From the NCBI GenBank assembly GCA_965112155.1, contig OZ218115.1: a stretch of DNA of 64,000 nucleotides; one strand, given 5' to 3'. Source of the DNA: Podarcis liolepis (lineage: Eukaryota). Positions 26,603 to 40,170 of this stretch are shown piece by piece (within the stretch, counting starts at the first letter, position 1; every line of letters starts with the position of its first letter). The translations under genes were made by a program, and so were the position numbers. A model generated the notes under the pieces. The model was given only the letters and a program-made list of their open reading frames with translations. It was not told the origin of the DNA and did no database searches.

Positions 26603-28182
26603 GACTGGGAGTAGTGAGAGTGAAGACCTACCAGCAAATGTCCCAGTAATGGCTCACGTAAAGAAGTTATTTATGTAATTCAGACAATTTATATACCACT
26701 TAATAACAACTCTGTTTAAGTGGTTGTTGGCTCAACCACTTTAAGTGTTGCTTGGCAGGGGGTTGGACTCGATGGCCCTTGTGGTCTCTTCCAACTCTAT
26801 GATTCTATTCTAAGATAGCAGGCCAGTGAAGAAATAGATAGTTCGCTGACTTCCTCTCTTCCCAGCCACAGAATGCTTTCTGCTTTCTAGGTGTTCATGG
26901 TTGCAATTCTCCCTCTCTTCCTTTGCAGTTACAAAAAAAGTGGTGAGGTTTATTTACCCATTTTCAGCATTCTTAGTCTTGTTCCCATTCTCTCCCGAGG
27001 ACCAATAATGAAAAAAAAAAACCCTAAAGGATGAGCTGTTGGTTTTTTTGTGGTTGGTTTTTTTAAAAGCCCCATGAGTTACGTTGAAAACCGTGAGCTA
27101 ATTACATGCATCATCAGAATGAGAATCTCATTTCCGTGAAGGTGGTAGATGTCAAGCCACAGCAGGTGAACAGGCAGTTATTCCTAGCTTGTCTTTGCAC
27201 TGGCTTTTTCCATTGGTTTAAACATGGTATTTAGCACTGTTAAATGGGCATCGCACAGCAGAGTCCACAATCGATAGCTACTAAAACCAATTTAGCTAAT
27301 GCAGTGAAGCTTCATTTTTAGTAGCTAGGAAACGTTTCATCAAACCATAAGGCAGAGCTGTGTGTACTCTGTACTAAATGTACAATTCTGTAACGCTAAC
27401 TTTAATAAGATGCTAAGAAAATCCAGAATCTGTTACATGTGTAAATTATGCAAAACAAGTGAGAAGATTTGCATTCTTGCTTATTTTGCATTATTCATTG
27501 GCTACAGGGGACAGAAACCCTGTCCAATTAAAAACTAAAAACCTTATTTAACCATCCCTGTGACTTCTGAGATTCACACAATTCCAAACGTACCTTTTCA
27601 GCCTTAAGACCAAGAAGCCTGACAGAAAAAAATAATAAAATTAAAACAAAAGGAAGCTGAATTTTGCAGCCAGCAGTGCATTCTGTGGCTTCTTATGTAT
27701 TCCTCTAATATTATACATAGCCAGCTTCTGAGAAATTAAACTACCATCCTGCCATGAAAGAGCTTTCATGGTGGGCTTATTCCTGTATTTATCAACTTGC
27801 CCAGTTGGATGAATGCTTGAAATCAGATCACAGAGTAAAAGTGCATATGTCTAGTGGGGTTTCTTTTTTAAGGCAATAGCTTTCTTGTATTTATTGGGCT
27901 GCTGTGATCTGTTGGAATGCCCCACCATAATCCTGAATATTCACTCTGACTATCTGGTTTCCTTGCAAATCTCTTCCTTTGGAGTGAACATAAGAAAAGC
28001 CTTTCTGGATCAGAGTAAAAGTCCATCTAGTCCAGTATTTTCTTTTCACGGTGGCCTACCAAGATGCTTGTGGTTAGCACAATAGCACTATCCTACTGCT
28101 GTTTCCTAGCAGCTGGTATTCTCAGAGATATGCTGCCTCTGATTCTGCAGGTAATATAGGCATCACTTCTAGTACTAAAGGC

Positions 28183-28183
<1 letters not shown>

Positions 28184-28225
<42 letters not shown>

Positions 28226-28533
28226 ATCATTATCATTATTATTAATACCCCACCCATCTGGGCGGCTTACTGCATACCTTAAAAACACAAAAACATCAAG
28301 CTTTAAAAACCTCCCGAAACAGGGCTGCCTTTAGATGTCTTCTAAAAGTTGTGTATTTCTTTATCTCCTTCGCATCTTATGGGAGGGTGTTCCACAGGGA
28401 GGGCACCACTACTGAGAAGGCTCCCTGCCTGGCTCCCTGTCACTTCGCTTCTCACAGTGAGGGAACCAGCAGAAGACCCTCGGAGGAGGACCTCAGTGTC
28501 TGGGATGAAGGATGGCGGGTTTAGGCGCTCCTG
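28184..28533 (-). mobile_element. L2-clade LINE 3' fragment
   Basis: Reverse-complement similarity to 18371-18897. Confidence 0.8.
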
Positions 28534-29058
28534 ACCCTCCCTTAATTCTTCTAATCTTTTGAAGCCATCCAAGCTGGAGGCCATCACTGCATCTTGTCAG
28601 AGTAAATTCCATACTGTTTAACTATGTGCTGTGTAGTTAAGTATAGTACCTCCTCCTGCCTTTTCTGAAACTTCCAAAATTCATCTTCATTGGATAGCCC
28701 TGAGTTTTAGTGTTACGACAGGGTGTTTAGCCGCTTTCGTCAGACCATGTATACACCTCTGTCACATGTCCCCCTTACCTGCCTTTTGTCTCAACTAAAA
28801 AGCCCCCAATGCTGTAACCTTGCCTCATAAACGTCTTGCTTCAGCCACTTTGATCATTTTGCTTGCTCTATCCTTTCCAGCTCTTCTGCAGTGTCCTTTC
28901 TGAGGAGTATCAAGCAACTACACTGAGCATCCCAAGCTGGGGTCACACCATAGATTTGTATAATGGCCGTATGATATTGGCAATTTTATTTTCAGTTCCT
29001 TACCTTAATGGTCCCCAAATATGGAATTCATATTTTTCACACACTGCCGCACACTGAG
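28534..29058 (-). mobile_element. Degenerate CR1 LINE 3' region
   Basis: Motifs GAAGCCATCCAAGCTGGAGGCCATCACT, TGTCCCCCTTA and AACTAAAAAGCCCCAA resemble the reverse of a CR1 ORF2 C-terminus; decayed. Confidence 0.6.
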
Positions 29059-30255
29059 TAAGGTTTGTACTCTGAGAACATGGCTATCTTCATGACCTAA
29101 CTCTAGGTGATTTATGAACAAGTTAAAAAGCACAGGGCCTTGAGGGGACTCCACTTTCTGTATCCCTCTATAGGGAGGATCGACTTCTTTTTAAAAACAC
29201 CAACAAAAAACAAAGTCAATATGTAAATACACCAAAATGACTAAATTGTGCTAGTAGGAAAAACTGACTTGAGGTCTCTGGATTTGAGGAGCTGCACGAC
29301 AGTGCTTATACTTCAGTTCTCCAGACAAATCAGTTTCTCCAAAGTTTTTGTTCACACATGCACTTGATAATAACAACAATAATAAGTATTATTATTATTT
29401 GTTTACTCAGCATTTGATGACTGAATGTGTGGATTGACTCCATTTAAAAGATCTGCATCCTGAGATAATTTACTGCCAGTAAGGAGACACTGAAGTCTTC
29501 TAAGCTACTAGAAAGAGTAACAAGTAATTGTTGCTTTGTAAGAAACATCGGAAAGCATTGCCTCGATGCAGAGAAAGGCATAGACCTATAATGAAGAGGC
29601 TGCAGTATCTAATTGGGACAAGGTTCCTTTGTTTCACTTGCAAGTAATGAAGCTCCATCCATCTTGTACACATAAAATGCACATCCTTCTTTGTCATCGT
29701 GATATATTTCCATGTGTGAGCACATAAATAGTGATAATATATGGGAGGAAACTCTGGTGTGCAGCTGGCATGTATCCCAGTATACATAAACTTCTGATTT
29801 AAAACAATAGGGACATGAAGAGGATGGCAGGATGGAATTCTGTTGTTTCTAAATATGCTGGTGCAATTCATGGTTAGAGTCAATTAAAATGGAAACACTT
29901 TATTATAGGATTAAGGTAAAGAGTGTTTCTAATTGGGAAGCGCATACTTTGAATACATGCTGGTTCCTTAATTAGAGATATTCTTCTGTCTTTTGGTAAA
30001 CATGCAAATTAGAGACTAGATGGTTCCCCACAACTTTCCAGATTTTTCCCCTTAGTGGTGTTTCTTAGGATGCTTTTTAAGTCATGTCATGTAGATCTGT
30101 CCACTGGTATTAGTGTCTGCAGTACTTAGGCTGTTATGTTCATAGTATTCAAGTTAGAGTCCAAAAAATATGACAATCACAGCTTTACCTTTTAAACTAA
30201 TAATCCGCAGGCATGTAGAAATAAACTCTCTTGAAAACACTGAGTTGAAATATAC

Positions 30256-30394
30256 CTTAGAATTTTAGCATTGGGACCCCAGAGATCATCTGGTTTAACC
30301 CCCTGCAATGCAGTAATACACAGTTGCCCCATACGGGGATTGAACCTGCAACCTTGCCATTATCAGCACCATGCTCTAACCAACTAAGCTATCC
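30256..30394 (-). mobile_element. tRNA-Ile-like SINE head with CR1-type tail
   Basis: Minus strand GGATAGCTTAGTTGGTTAGAGCATGGTGCTGATAA...GGTTCAATCCCCGTATGG resembles tRNA-Ile; CR1-like 3' end. Confidence 0.72.
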
Positions 30395-31734
30395 AAAGAA
30401 CAAGGCAGCTAACAAAACGGAATGTGTAAAAGTTCGATGTGAAACATACAAAGGTTATAAAATAAAATGGTAACAGAAGTAAAATAATGGCAAGGTTTTT
30501 TTATATAAAAATACTACTATTCGTCCCCCCCCCCCCCAAAAAAAAATAAGGCTTTCCTAAGAAGAAATGTTAAAGCATGAGCTTTATGGATGTAAAAGCA
30601 TTCCATGTTTGGGAGTGGGGGACTGGAAAGTTGAATTGAGTATGAGAAACAAAAATATCTCTGGTAAATTGCAGAACAAATGATTCCGGACTGCAGCTAT
30701 GAATGAATGATTAGTGTAATATAACTAAGGCTATAATTGATAAATTGATCCCTTGGGACAGTTAATGGAGGACATAAAGGGGAAGGTTGTTCACTCTTGA
30801 GAAGGATGTCATTACAAGAAAATATGAAAAAATAATTGCTCTTGTGTCATTTTGCAGAATATCTAGTATTATTGAACAGATAGGGTGTTCTGGTGCAGAA
30901 AAGGTGTAGATATGGTATTTAATGATTGTCACATATTGAAAACTCAATAAAGACATTTTATATGTTATACTATATTTCTATCCCACTTTCCCACAGAGTC
31001 CTGAAGGCAGTACTTTACATGCTACAAAATTGTCCCCATCTCTCCATGTTATCCTCACACCAATCTCCTAAATTAAGTTATGGCTGAGGTCATCCATTCA
31101 TGGCTGAGAGGGGACTTGAATCCAAGGTTCCCAACTCCTAGTCTAATCGTAACTTCTACACCGCACCATTTTGTAAAGTATAAGAAACGTCTTAGGGTTG
31201 CAAATATAAAGCTGTGAATAAGAATCATCTGAGTGAGGTCTGCACTGGAGATGACTAAATAGAGCCAGACGTTTACATGTGAGCCAACGTCCCTGAATGA
31301 CATTTTTTAAAAAGGCCCTTATCTGATCGTTCTCAACTCTATCTTATGTCTTGCCTCATATGGCTAAATATAGTTAAAATAGTTGATATTAAAACAGCTC
31401 CTAACATTTCAGTGCAATGAAATAAAGTTATTAACTGCAGTGGGTTTTAATAAGGACTTGAAAATGTCAGGAGTAGTAAAGGATGCAGCCAGAACATTTG
31501 GATCCCAGGAAGGGTTGAGGAAATGCAAAATGGGAACCAAGGCTGACATTTCAGTGGGTTTAGACGAGCTGGGGCCTACGCAGGGGACAAGATTCATAGC
31601 AAGTATCAAAGGCCTACTTTTGGCTATATTGAATTTTAAATATCAAGGTAGGGAAATTGGCGCAATCCAGGAAATGTTAGTCACCACTAAGTCCCCTTGA
31701 ACTCAGTGGAATCTAAGCTAGCTGTGCCTGCAAC

Positions 31735-32462
31735 TGAAGAAAGAAATGATTAGGAGGCAATATGATAGCCATCTTCAAATATTCGATGGGGTGCCACATG
31801 TTGGGAAATTTCCATTCCACCTTTAGTTACAGATATGGGATTGTTACATGTCACATGTCTGTTTACATTCCAGCACTGTTTGCTGGCGTAAGCGGAACTT
31901 CCGCTGTGTTTTAATGCTTTTGCTTTTCTCTCTCGGAAGAGACAGCAAGGAGAGACGACATGTTTCTTTGTCTTGCTTTATGTTTAATAAATCCGTAGTA
32001 TATAGTATGTCTCCACAAGCCTCAAGCCTCTTTCATTTCACAGTTTGCTCTGCTAAGTAAAGTGTGCCCATGTCAGCAGACTTGGGTCACTGATTTATGT
32101 CGCACCAGAGGTTGAAGGATCTTTGCAGCGTGATGGTTGGAAGGAGACGATCCAGCTGGGGGCTAGCCCGCTGGCCATTCAACCCCTGGATGCCGACATC
32201 ACATAATTGATGAGGCAAATTTTCTGCTGCACCGAAGGACAGGACCTAAACATTTGGAAGAATTTCCCAATGCTACAAGCTGTTTGACAGTGGAACAGAC
32301 CACTCTTGGAAGGTGGTGGACTCCTTCATTAAAGATTTTTAAGCAGAACTAGAAGGCTAGCGATCAGGGATGCCATAAGAATGGATTTTACTGCTTCAGT
32401 AGGAGGCCGGACTCCATGATGATCTTTGACCCTTCTTCCGACTCTTAAATTCCATGATTCTA
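31735..32462 (+). mobile_element. Decayed CR1 3' fragment interrupted by a solo LTR
   Basis: Reads roughly GNMIAIFKYSMGCH | IIDEANFSAAPKDRT across the LTR insertion, resembling the CR1 ORF2 C-terminus; CR1-type tail near 32450. Confidence 0.6.
31799..32198 (+). mobile_element. Solo LTR (400 bp), second family
   Basis: TGTTGG...CCGACA termini; near-perfect 5-bp TSD CCACA/TCACA; internal AATAAA at about 31986; cleanly splits the CR1 fragment. Confidence 0.72.
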
Positions 32463-33517
32463 ATTCCCATTCTAAAGCTTTAAGTGGAATTGACTGTGGT
32501 GAACTCTGACAGGACAGTTAGTATGATTACACTTAAGTAAGTAATTGCCTCCTAAACAACCACCACAAGGCAATTTACACATAAGATAATTAAAAATGCA
32601 AACACTGTACAACAAATTTAAAACAAGACTAGTGGATACTCATTGATAAAGACCCATTTATCCAACAAAAATGTCTTCAACTGCTTCGGAAAGTTCCACT
32701 AGTGGGCACCTGCCGTATCTCAACAGGAACACTATTTATTCCACATTATGTGCATTACGTGCAGCCACAGTAAATGCCCTGCTCTGAGTTATCGTGGAGC
32801 AGGCTTCTGAGATATTTGGAACTTGCAGGGGGAACTTTCCCACAGACCACAGTCATCTACTGGGTACACCAGCTATATTTTAAGATTGCTTGTTGTGGCT
32901 ACTTTGTAGACCTCATCATAGCTCCCCCCCCCAAAAAAAAACCAGGTATGCTCCTGAGAAATAATCACATTTGATAGATCACACTTGATTGGACTTGTTT
33001 GCACAGGGACTATTAGAATAAAAGGCAGATACCGCATGCTAATAAACCAGAACAACATTCTGTTCTGTTTGCAGAGGCGGCGTTCTGTTAAGGAGAAATA
33101 TTTTGGGGGATGAATACTAATATACAGAAGCATTTTACCAAATACTTTATTCCCTTAGTGGGCATTTTAATGTATCAATCAATCAATATCCACAAAAACA
33201 ACTTTGCTGCTTTCCAGCACCGTTCCCTCTTCCACTAAAGTCGGCTGGCATCTCAGCCCCATCAGCGGCCACCTAAAATTAAGCACTCTCATATAAATGT
33301 CAGCTCCACAGTCCCCATAACCTAATGCTGAATGAAGACTTTAACAACCTTTTTAGCCAGAACTGAGAGGAAAACATGATGTCTCTCCCTTTGGTACTTC
33401 TTCTCATTAGCTGATTAGTTCTGCTGTAAATCTCAATGGCTAGAATCCAAAGGACTGTGGAACTACTTCCAGGAGCTGCCCCCCCAGAGAGGATTTCTTC
33501 TTTATTGTTTTTAAATA

Positions 33518-33744
33518 CAGTGGTACGTCGGGTTAAGTACTTAATTCGTTCCAGAGGTCTGTTCTTAACCTGAAACTGTTCTTAACCTGAAGCACCACTT
33601 TAGTTAATGGGGCCTCCTGTTGCTGCCGCGCCGCCGGAGCACAATTTCTGTTCTCATCCTGAAGCAAAGTTCTTAACCTGAGGTAATACTTCTGTAACCT
33701 TAAGTGTATGTAACCTGAAGCGTATGCAACCCAGGGTACCACTG
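33518..33744. mobile_element. pogo/Tigger-like MITE
   Basis: TA|CAGTGGTAC ... GTACCACTG|TA; same family as 16147. Confidence 0.88.
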
Positions 33745-34007
33745 TAGTAGTTACCGCAGCCCTCCATGCCATATGGCAAATGGCTTTTGAAACTGAGGGG
33801 GAGATTCAGAATCAGTTTATATGGTAATGGCAGCAAAGGCCGCAGTGCGAAACCTGTGCTCCTCCAGAGGTTGTAATTGGACTCCCATTATTCCCAACCG
33901 GTATGTGTGTGATGGGACTTGTAGTCCAACAACATTAGGAGGGCTACCAGTACTCTATATCGCACGTAGCTGTTCAAGGAAGGGAGGCATTTAAAAAAAG
34001 CAGCTCT

Positions 34008-34480
34008 GCTTTAGGGATTATAGGGACGGAAGTCGCCAAAAAGATGATTACCGTAAGCTGTTTATGTATGTAACGACAGTAGCTGGGATTTCTTTATGCA
34101 CAAAAATGAAAGGAAGAAGTTCCCAGCAAAGAAGAATGCATAAGTAAAGTGATGAACTATGCGAAATTGGCAAAGTTAACAGTCAAAATAAGAGAAGCTA
34201 ATGACGATTGTTTTGTGGAAGAATGGAAGCCTTTTTTGGAATATATATATATTTAAAAATCATATGATGAATTCGTGAGCAGGATTTGAACTACAAGCAA
34301 CAGAAGGAATTAGAGATTATTGTATGGTGGTTGTGATTTGAAAGTGATTGTCAGGGTGCAGTAAGGGGGAAGAATTAATAACACAATGGAAAACAGGAGG
34401 AGAAGTCGATAAAACCAAAGGAAAAACATTATTGTGTTTTGGTGTGTATATGTGAAATTGTTGAAATTTAATAAAAATAT
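34008..34480 (+). mobile_element. Decayed L1-clade LINE ORF2 C-terminus and 3' UTR
   Basis: Frameshifted translation like LFMYVTT..LYAQK.K..VPSKEE..K..NYAKLAKLT.KIRE...EEWKPFLEY, then AATAAA and an A-rich end. Confidence 0.65.
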
Positions 34481-35728
34481 AAACTGTGCATATATATATA
34501 TATCCACTATGCAAGAACAACCCCTTTCCAAGAATCTAAGTACCTCTATAAATCCCAGACAATATTTCTTCTCATTATCTCAAACTATGCTATACTATAA
34601 ATCAGGTCTGCACAACTTTCTACCCAGCCAAACATAGCCCACCAGCTATATATATTGTGACTGGCTCGATGTTTTGACAACTCCCTTGTTTTTGCAGGCA
34701 AGTTTATCTAGGCCTTGGGGTTAGGCTACCATGGTGTGGGCGGCGGTTGGCTCAGAAAGACAGCCTTTTAATCCTCAACCTGATTTACTGAACAGGGCCA
34801 CAAATAATGTGCTTGGCGATTTACAGAGAAATGTAAGCCAAAAAGTGAGGTCCCTGCTCCAACGAAATTTCGTCCTCAGATTCAACAACAAGAGTAGACC
34901 ACAGAGGGAGGAAGACCTGTGGGAAGGGGTTGAGATAGAGGAGCAAGGCTAATGCCGAATAAATGAGAGCAAGTTAATTATTAATTATTTTAAGATTTAT
35001 AAACTGATTTACAGCCTGAGACCAATGTGGTGGGCAACAAGTTAAACATAAGATAAAATCTCCAAAGCACAAATTCTAAAAACAATTGAAACAATTGTCA
35101 CAAACTCTAAAAACAACAAACCTATTCATATACACTGTTTTTTTTTTAAAAAAACAACAACACACAATTGCTACAGATGTACAGTTAATATTTTATAAGT
35201 GACTGGGTCACACCTCAGGGAAAGCCTTTAAAAAAAATAAAAATCAGAAGGTACCTAAACATTATGACGCTTGGTGCCTGATTCATTTCAGCTAGAGGAC
35301 TGGGTCTGCGACATGAAAAGCTCCTAGTACCTATGGGGCATGCCGTATTCTCAGCAGTGCCCCATCTGAGGAGTGCCGTTGCTAGGCAAGAATATATAGG
35401 GGCAAGGCGGTCCCTTAGATAACATGGTCTGAAGTTGTTTAGGGTTTACAGTGCCAGAGGAAAATCTTGAACTCCACCCAGTAGCATATTGGGAATGTGT
35501 TTAGCTCCCACAGCAGAGGTGTTATAGGGCATTAACAGGACAACCTGTTCAACAATCCAGCTGCTGCATTCTGTGCCAGCTGCTGCTTCTGGTTTAAGGT
35601 GACACTTTGCTCCAGATCCCATATTGACCACGCCCAACAGCTTCATATAGGTGTTAAATAGCACTTGGGACAAAATAGTGCCCCAAGGCACCCCATAACA
35701 CAAATGCCATGCCCCAACATTACAACAG

Positions 35729-36408
35729 CATTCTTTCCAACATTTCTCCAGTGAATTATTATACAGTCATACCTCATGTTGCTTCATGTTACGTTCTTGC
35801 AGGTTACGTCCCGCGGCAACCTGGAAGTATCGGAAAGGGTTACTTTTGGGTTTCACTGCTCGCGCATGCGCAGAAGCACAAAATGATGGCACACGCATGC
35901 GCAGAAGCGGCGAATCGCAACCCGCACGTGTGCAGACGTGCTGCTGTGGGTTGCGCTCTTTTCATGTTGCGAACGGGCCTCCGGAACGGATCCCGTTGGC
36001 AACCAGAGGTACCACTGTATGGGGAAAATAATAAGAATAAGAATAAGAATAAACAATTTTATTATTTATACCATGCCATCTGACTTGGTTGCCCCAGCCA
36101 CTCTGTGTGGCTTCCAGCATATTAAAAAAAACATAATAAAACATTAAACATAAAAAAAATCCCTATACAAGTCTGCCTTCAGATGTCTTCTAAAGGTTGT
36201 ATAGTTACTTATCTCCTTGGCTCAGGGGTCACGTAACTTCATACCCTCTGCTGAAAATAGGAACATCCTACCATACCCTCCAATGTTTCTCCAAAGAAAA
36301 TAGGGACACCTAAGGAAAAACAGGAAATTCTGGGATCAAATCAGAAACTGGGACGGCTTCTGTAAATCTGGGGCTGTCCCTGGAAAACAGAGACAGTTGG
36401 AGGGTCTG
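35729..36408 (-). mobile_element. Second copy of the TIR element with L2 cargo, itself interrupted by a Tigger-like MITE
   Basis: Reverse-complement similarity to 26225-26602, including the L2 junction; terminus TTGGAGGGTCTG. Confidence 0.65.
35764..36017. mobile_element. pogo/Tigger-like MITE (GCGCATGCGC subfamily)
   Basis: TA|CAGTCATACCTC ... GAGGTACCACTG|TA. Confidence 0.82.
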
Positions 36409-36485
36409 CTACAGTCTGGAACCAACCCTATAGGTAACATCAGAACCATGGTAAAACAGTGCTCCCCAAACACCCACCCAACATA

Positions 36486-36702
36486 CAGTCATACCTCATG
36501 TTGCTTCAGGTTACATGTTTTTGGGTTGCAGACCATGGGAAACCCGGAAGTACCAGAACAGGTTACTTCTGGGTTTCGCCGCTCGTGCATGTGCAGAAGC
36601 GCCAAATTGCACCGGCGCAGATGTGGTGCTTCAGCTTGCGAACACTGCGGGTTGCGGACGTGCCTCTGTCACGGATTACGTCCGCAACCCGAGGATCCAC
36701 TG
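36486..36702. mobile_element. pogo/Tigger-like MITE
   Basis: TA|CAGTCATACCTC ... GAGGATCCACTG|TA; related to 35764. Confidence 0.8.
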
Positions 36703-37522
36703 TATCCAGTCCAGGAGAATACCATGGTATAGAAAGCCACAGAGAGATTCTATGGATGTACTCATAGAAGTCAAACATATTGAATTCAGTGGGTCTTGAA
36801 GGTAACCATGCAGAGGATTGCAGCCTGAGGCTTTGTTTCGACTTGGAAATGCGTAGTAAGAAGTTAAGCCAAAGGTAATAAGCTCACCTGTACTACATCT
36901 GACCTTGCCAAATTTAGTCAGAAGAATTATAGTTCAAGAGTCCCTAAAACATACTTGTCCATTTTACATCTGGTGCACAAGGGCCATTAGGTGTCCTATG
37001 TACATTGTAAATTGCCTTTGTGGGAGCAATTAATTTACATATTTGGTCTGCAATGATATTTCCTGAACTGCAGTCATAAAGTTTCACTGAATGGCTTCTC
37101 TTTCAATCTCTCCCCCAGCCCTGTGCTCTTTCTCTTGTAATCTATCTTTTCATCATATAATTAGTGCACTTAAAATCCATTTCCTTGCCATTTCTTTCAT
37201 TTATTACAATCACCCACTGCCTATGGAACAACTCCTGTTTAAAGAAGGGGTGTTTAACATTTGATACACGCTTTATATTTTCCATGTTGTATTCAAGAGA
37301 CCTGGAACACAAGCCTGCTGGACTTTTTTTTGCAACAGTAGTAATCCTGCTTGGCATTTCTGCACATCATGACTTTACTGGCCCCTGGTAGCTCTGAGGT
37401 TACATATTTTGGTTTCACTCTGGTGGGCTTGGAGTGACGTGATTTCCTTCCTGCCACTCACCATTGGCCCTGCAACTTGTCACTCAGTGCAATTCCTCCT
37501 CCAAGGACGGAGAGGTGAAATA

Positions 37523-37715
37523 CAGTGGTACCTTGGTTCTCAAATGCCTTGGTACTCAAACACCTTGGTTCTCAAATGCCGAAAACCCAGAAGTAAGTGT
37601 TCTGGTTTTTGAACATTTTTCGGAAGCCAAATGTCCGATGCGGTTGTTGGCTATTGTTTCTGGGCACCTTCACCAATCAGAAGCTGCACCTTGGTTTTTG
37701 AACATTTTGGAAGTC
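37523..37715. mobile_element. Truncated pogo/Tigger-like MITE
   Basis: TA|CAGTGGTACCTTGG left end; right TIR not found. Confidence 0.6.
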
Positions 37716-39409
37716 ACCTTTCTGTTATGGCCACTTCTGTATAATTTCTCTGAGAAAAGTAGCAATTTATGTGTGCAGCTGCCACTCTCAACTAAAATGG
37801 CTACCTCTCAGCCTGGAAGTGAATATTCAGAATGCATAGAGCTTCTAATTGGGATAAGTAACAAATTAAAGGAAAATGCCTAAATGTGCTGCTAGCATTT
37901 TAAAAGCTTAAAGAGGAATCTTCCAGATTCCAGCCACTACATTTTCCTACAAAGTAATGCAAGTCTCATCTGATAAGAGTGGATCGTACTGCACCAAAGC
38001 TTATGCCAGGGGTGAGGAACTGAATCCAGTCAGTCAGTGGGACATGCTTTTTTCCACACACACCCATGGGCCCAGGTGTGACAGGTGTCAATCACCTGAT
38101 GCCACAATGTCAGGTGGCCAATTCCACTTCCAGAGACACTTCCAAAATACTAGCAAGCAGCTTTATATCATAATAGATCTGTTGCCCTATTAGGTGCTGC
38201 AGGATTGCTATAACAGACCCAACACAATTTATCTTCCCAGGAAATTAAGCATCTCATCTCCTGAAACCAATTGTCTCATTGCGTTCATGGTTGTGGGTAG
38301 TTGTGATTCCGAGTCATTCAGTAACACCAGCAGTAAAGCCATCATCTAATTTCATACTGCCTGCCATGACTGAAAGCAGCAAAAGTTAGTATCTGGAACC
38401 CTCCTTTGGGGGGGGGTTGCAAAAGATGAGGAACACTAGACAAGGAGTTTGTCTGTCTAGTTGCTACAAACTGTAACCTGGGCATTCAAAATTCTGTCTG
38501 TGCTCTTGTCCTTTTTTCATGAAAGTCAAATATCCCAAATTGTAAACAAAATGTGGTGATTGACAGAGGAGATTGACAGTGATCAGCAAAGCTCTCTAGT
38601 GCCCTTAAGGCACTCCAGAAACTTTCCTACTAAACAACTGAGAATGTAAGCAACTGATATTGTATCCTCAAAAAGGGAAGCACTTCAAGAAGCAGGTACT
38701 GAGGTTTTCTTAATGACCCCACATACAATAAGAATTTGTCTGCCAGAGTAAATTGTATATTTAATGGACTAGGTGATGTGCTACCAACTGGGAAATCTGA
38801 TGTGTTAAGCGTCTAAAGTCAATGCAAAGAGCACTAGAATGATATGGACTTTTGGAACTAAATGATTACGTTGGTTAAATTTGCATGCTACCACTGTTTA
38901 GAATTACACCATGCAGGAATGTTTTTTTTACTGCGTTTTGAAACCTCGGGATCAGAATTATTTAGCACTTTTATAGCAGAGTGTGGAGAAACCCAGCTGC
39001 TAGCATATATGCAAGCTGCAGTGTGGACAAAGTGTATATCCATGCAAGGTTTAATATGCCCCAAAGTGCTATCCATATTTAATTTTTTTTTAAAAAAAAA
39101 TATATATGTGTACTGGTGCCTTCATTTGCACCTTTAGCAAGGTAATCATAACATTTCAACCCAGATTTGCTTGTGGGGTGTTTATATGTCTTCCTGTTAA
39201 GTCATTCATTCTTCCCACACTTCTCTGTGAATTTCCCTGTCATTTTCTTAATCCCAAAAATGATTTCTTTTTTTACGTAGATTTATTGCTCTGGAGTGAC
39301 AAAGCCCTTTAATCCACTTTAATTTTGCAAACCTCTAATTCCAGTATACTCTTGAATCCTTGCTACAGAATAATGTTATGAATTTGCAGGCGGTAAGCTG
39401 TATGCCAGA

Positions 39410-39748
39410 CATAGGCGCCGACTCCATGGGGCTTGAGGGGGCCCGAGCCCCCTCAAAAATTCGTTTGGGGGGGCTCTGCCCCCCCAATAATCTCCGGCGC
39501 CCCTCCAGCAGAGCGCCATCGCCACCCCTCCCCCAGCCCAAAATGCACAGGGTCGGGCTGCATGCCTCCTGCCCTCCCTCCCGAGCAAAAGCTCCACCTT
39601 CGGAGCTGATTAATAGGAGCAGCACGCTCTCCCCTATTCGCTCACGAGGAGGCGGCGCCACGTTATTTGCATATTCATGAGCTTATTTATTATTCATGAG
39701 CTTTCCCGGGCCCCCCCCCCCAATATTTTTTATAAGTCCGCGTCCCTG
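39410..39748. mobile_element. GC-rich non-autonomous hAT element (Tip100/Ac-like ends)
   Basis: Perfect 8-bp TSD ATGCCAGA (39402-39409, 39749-39756); imperfect TIRs CATAGGCGCCGACT / AGTCCGCGTCCCTG. Confidence 0.82.
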
Positions 39749-40170
39749 ATGCCAGAGCCTGCCTTCTAATATCTGGATACAGCACTATACCCTCCAACAT
39801 TTCTCCGATGAAAATAGGGACGTCCCATTCCATAATGATGATTTTTACATGAATGCAGAAGGAATGTTTGTCGTACATCTTGCCTTGCCAACAAATCAGA
39901 ATGGACATTCAGTAAAGACTGGGTGCAGTCTAACCACTGCATAATCTTGCTGCATGCAAATCAGGGTGAACGTTCCGAAAGCAGAAAAAGCAGTCTTAGG
40001 AGAAAGGGGATTGTGGGAAACTTCATAGAGGGCAAATGGGACTGCTTTCAGGAAGGGAATAGCTGGAAAGCTGGGCTGTGGGAGCAAGGAGACCAGAATG
40101 GAGTTGTGGGAAGAGAAGGATATTAATTTGAACTCATGAAAAAAATATTTGCCTAATCTCTATTTTTTTA

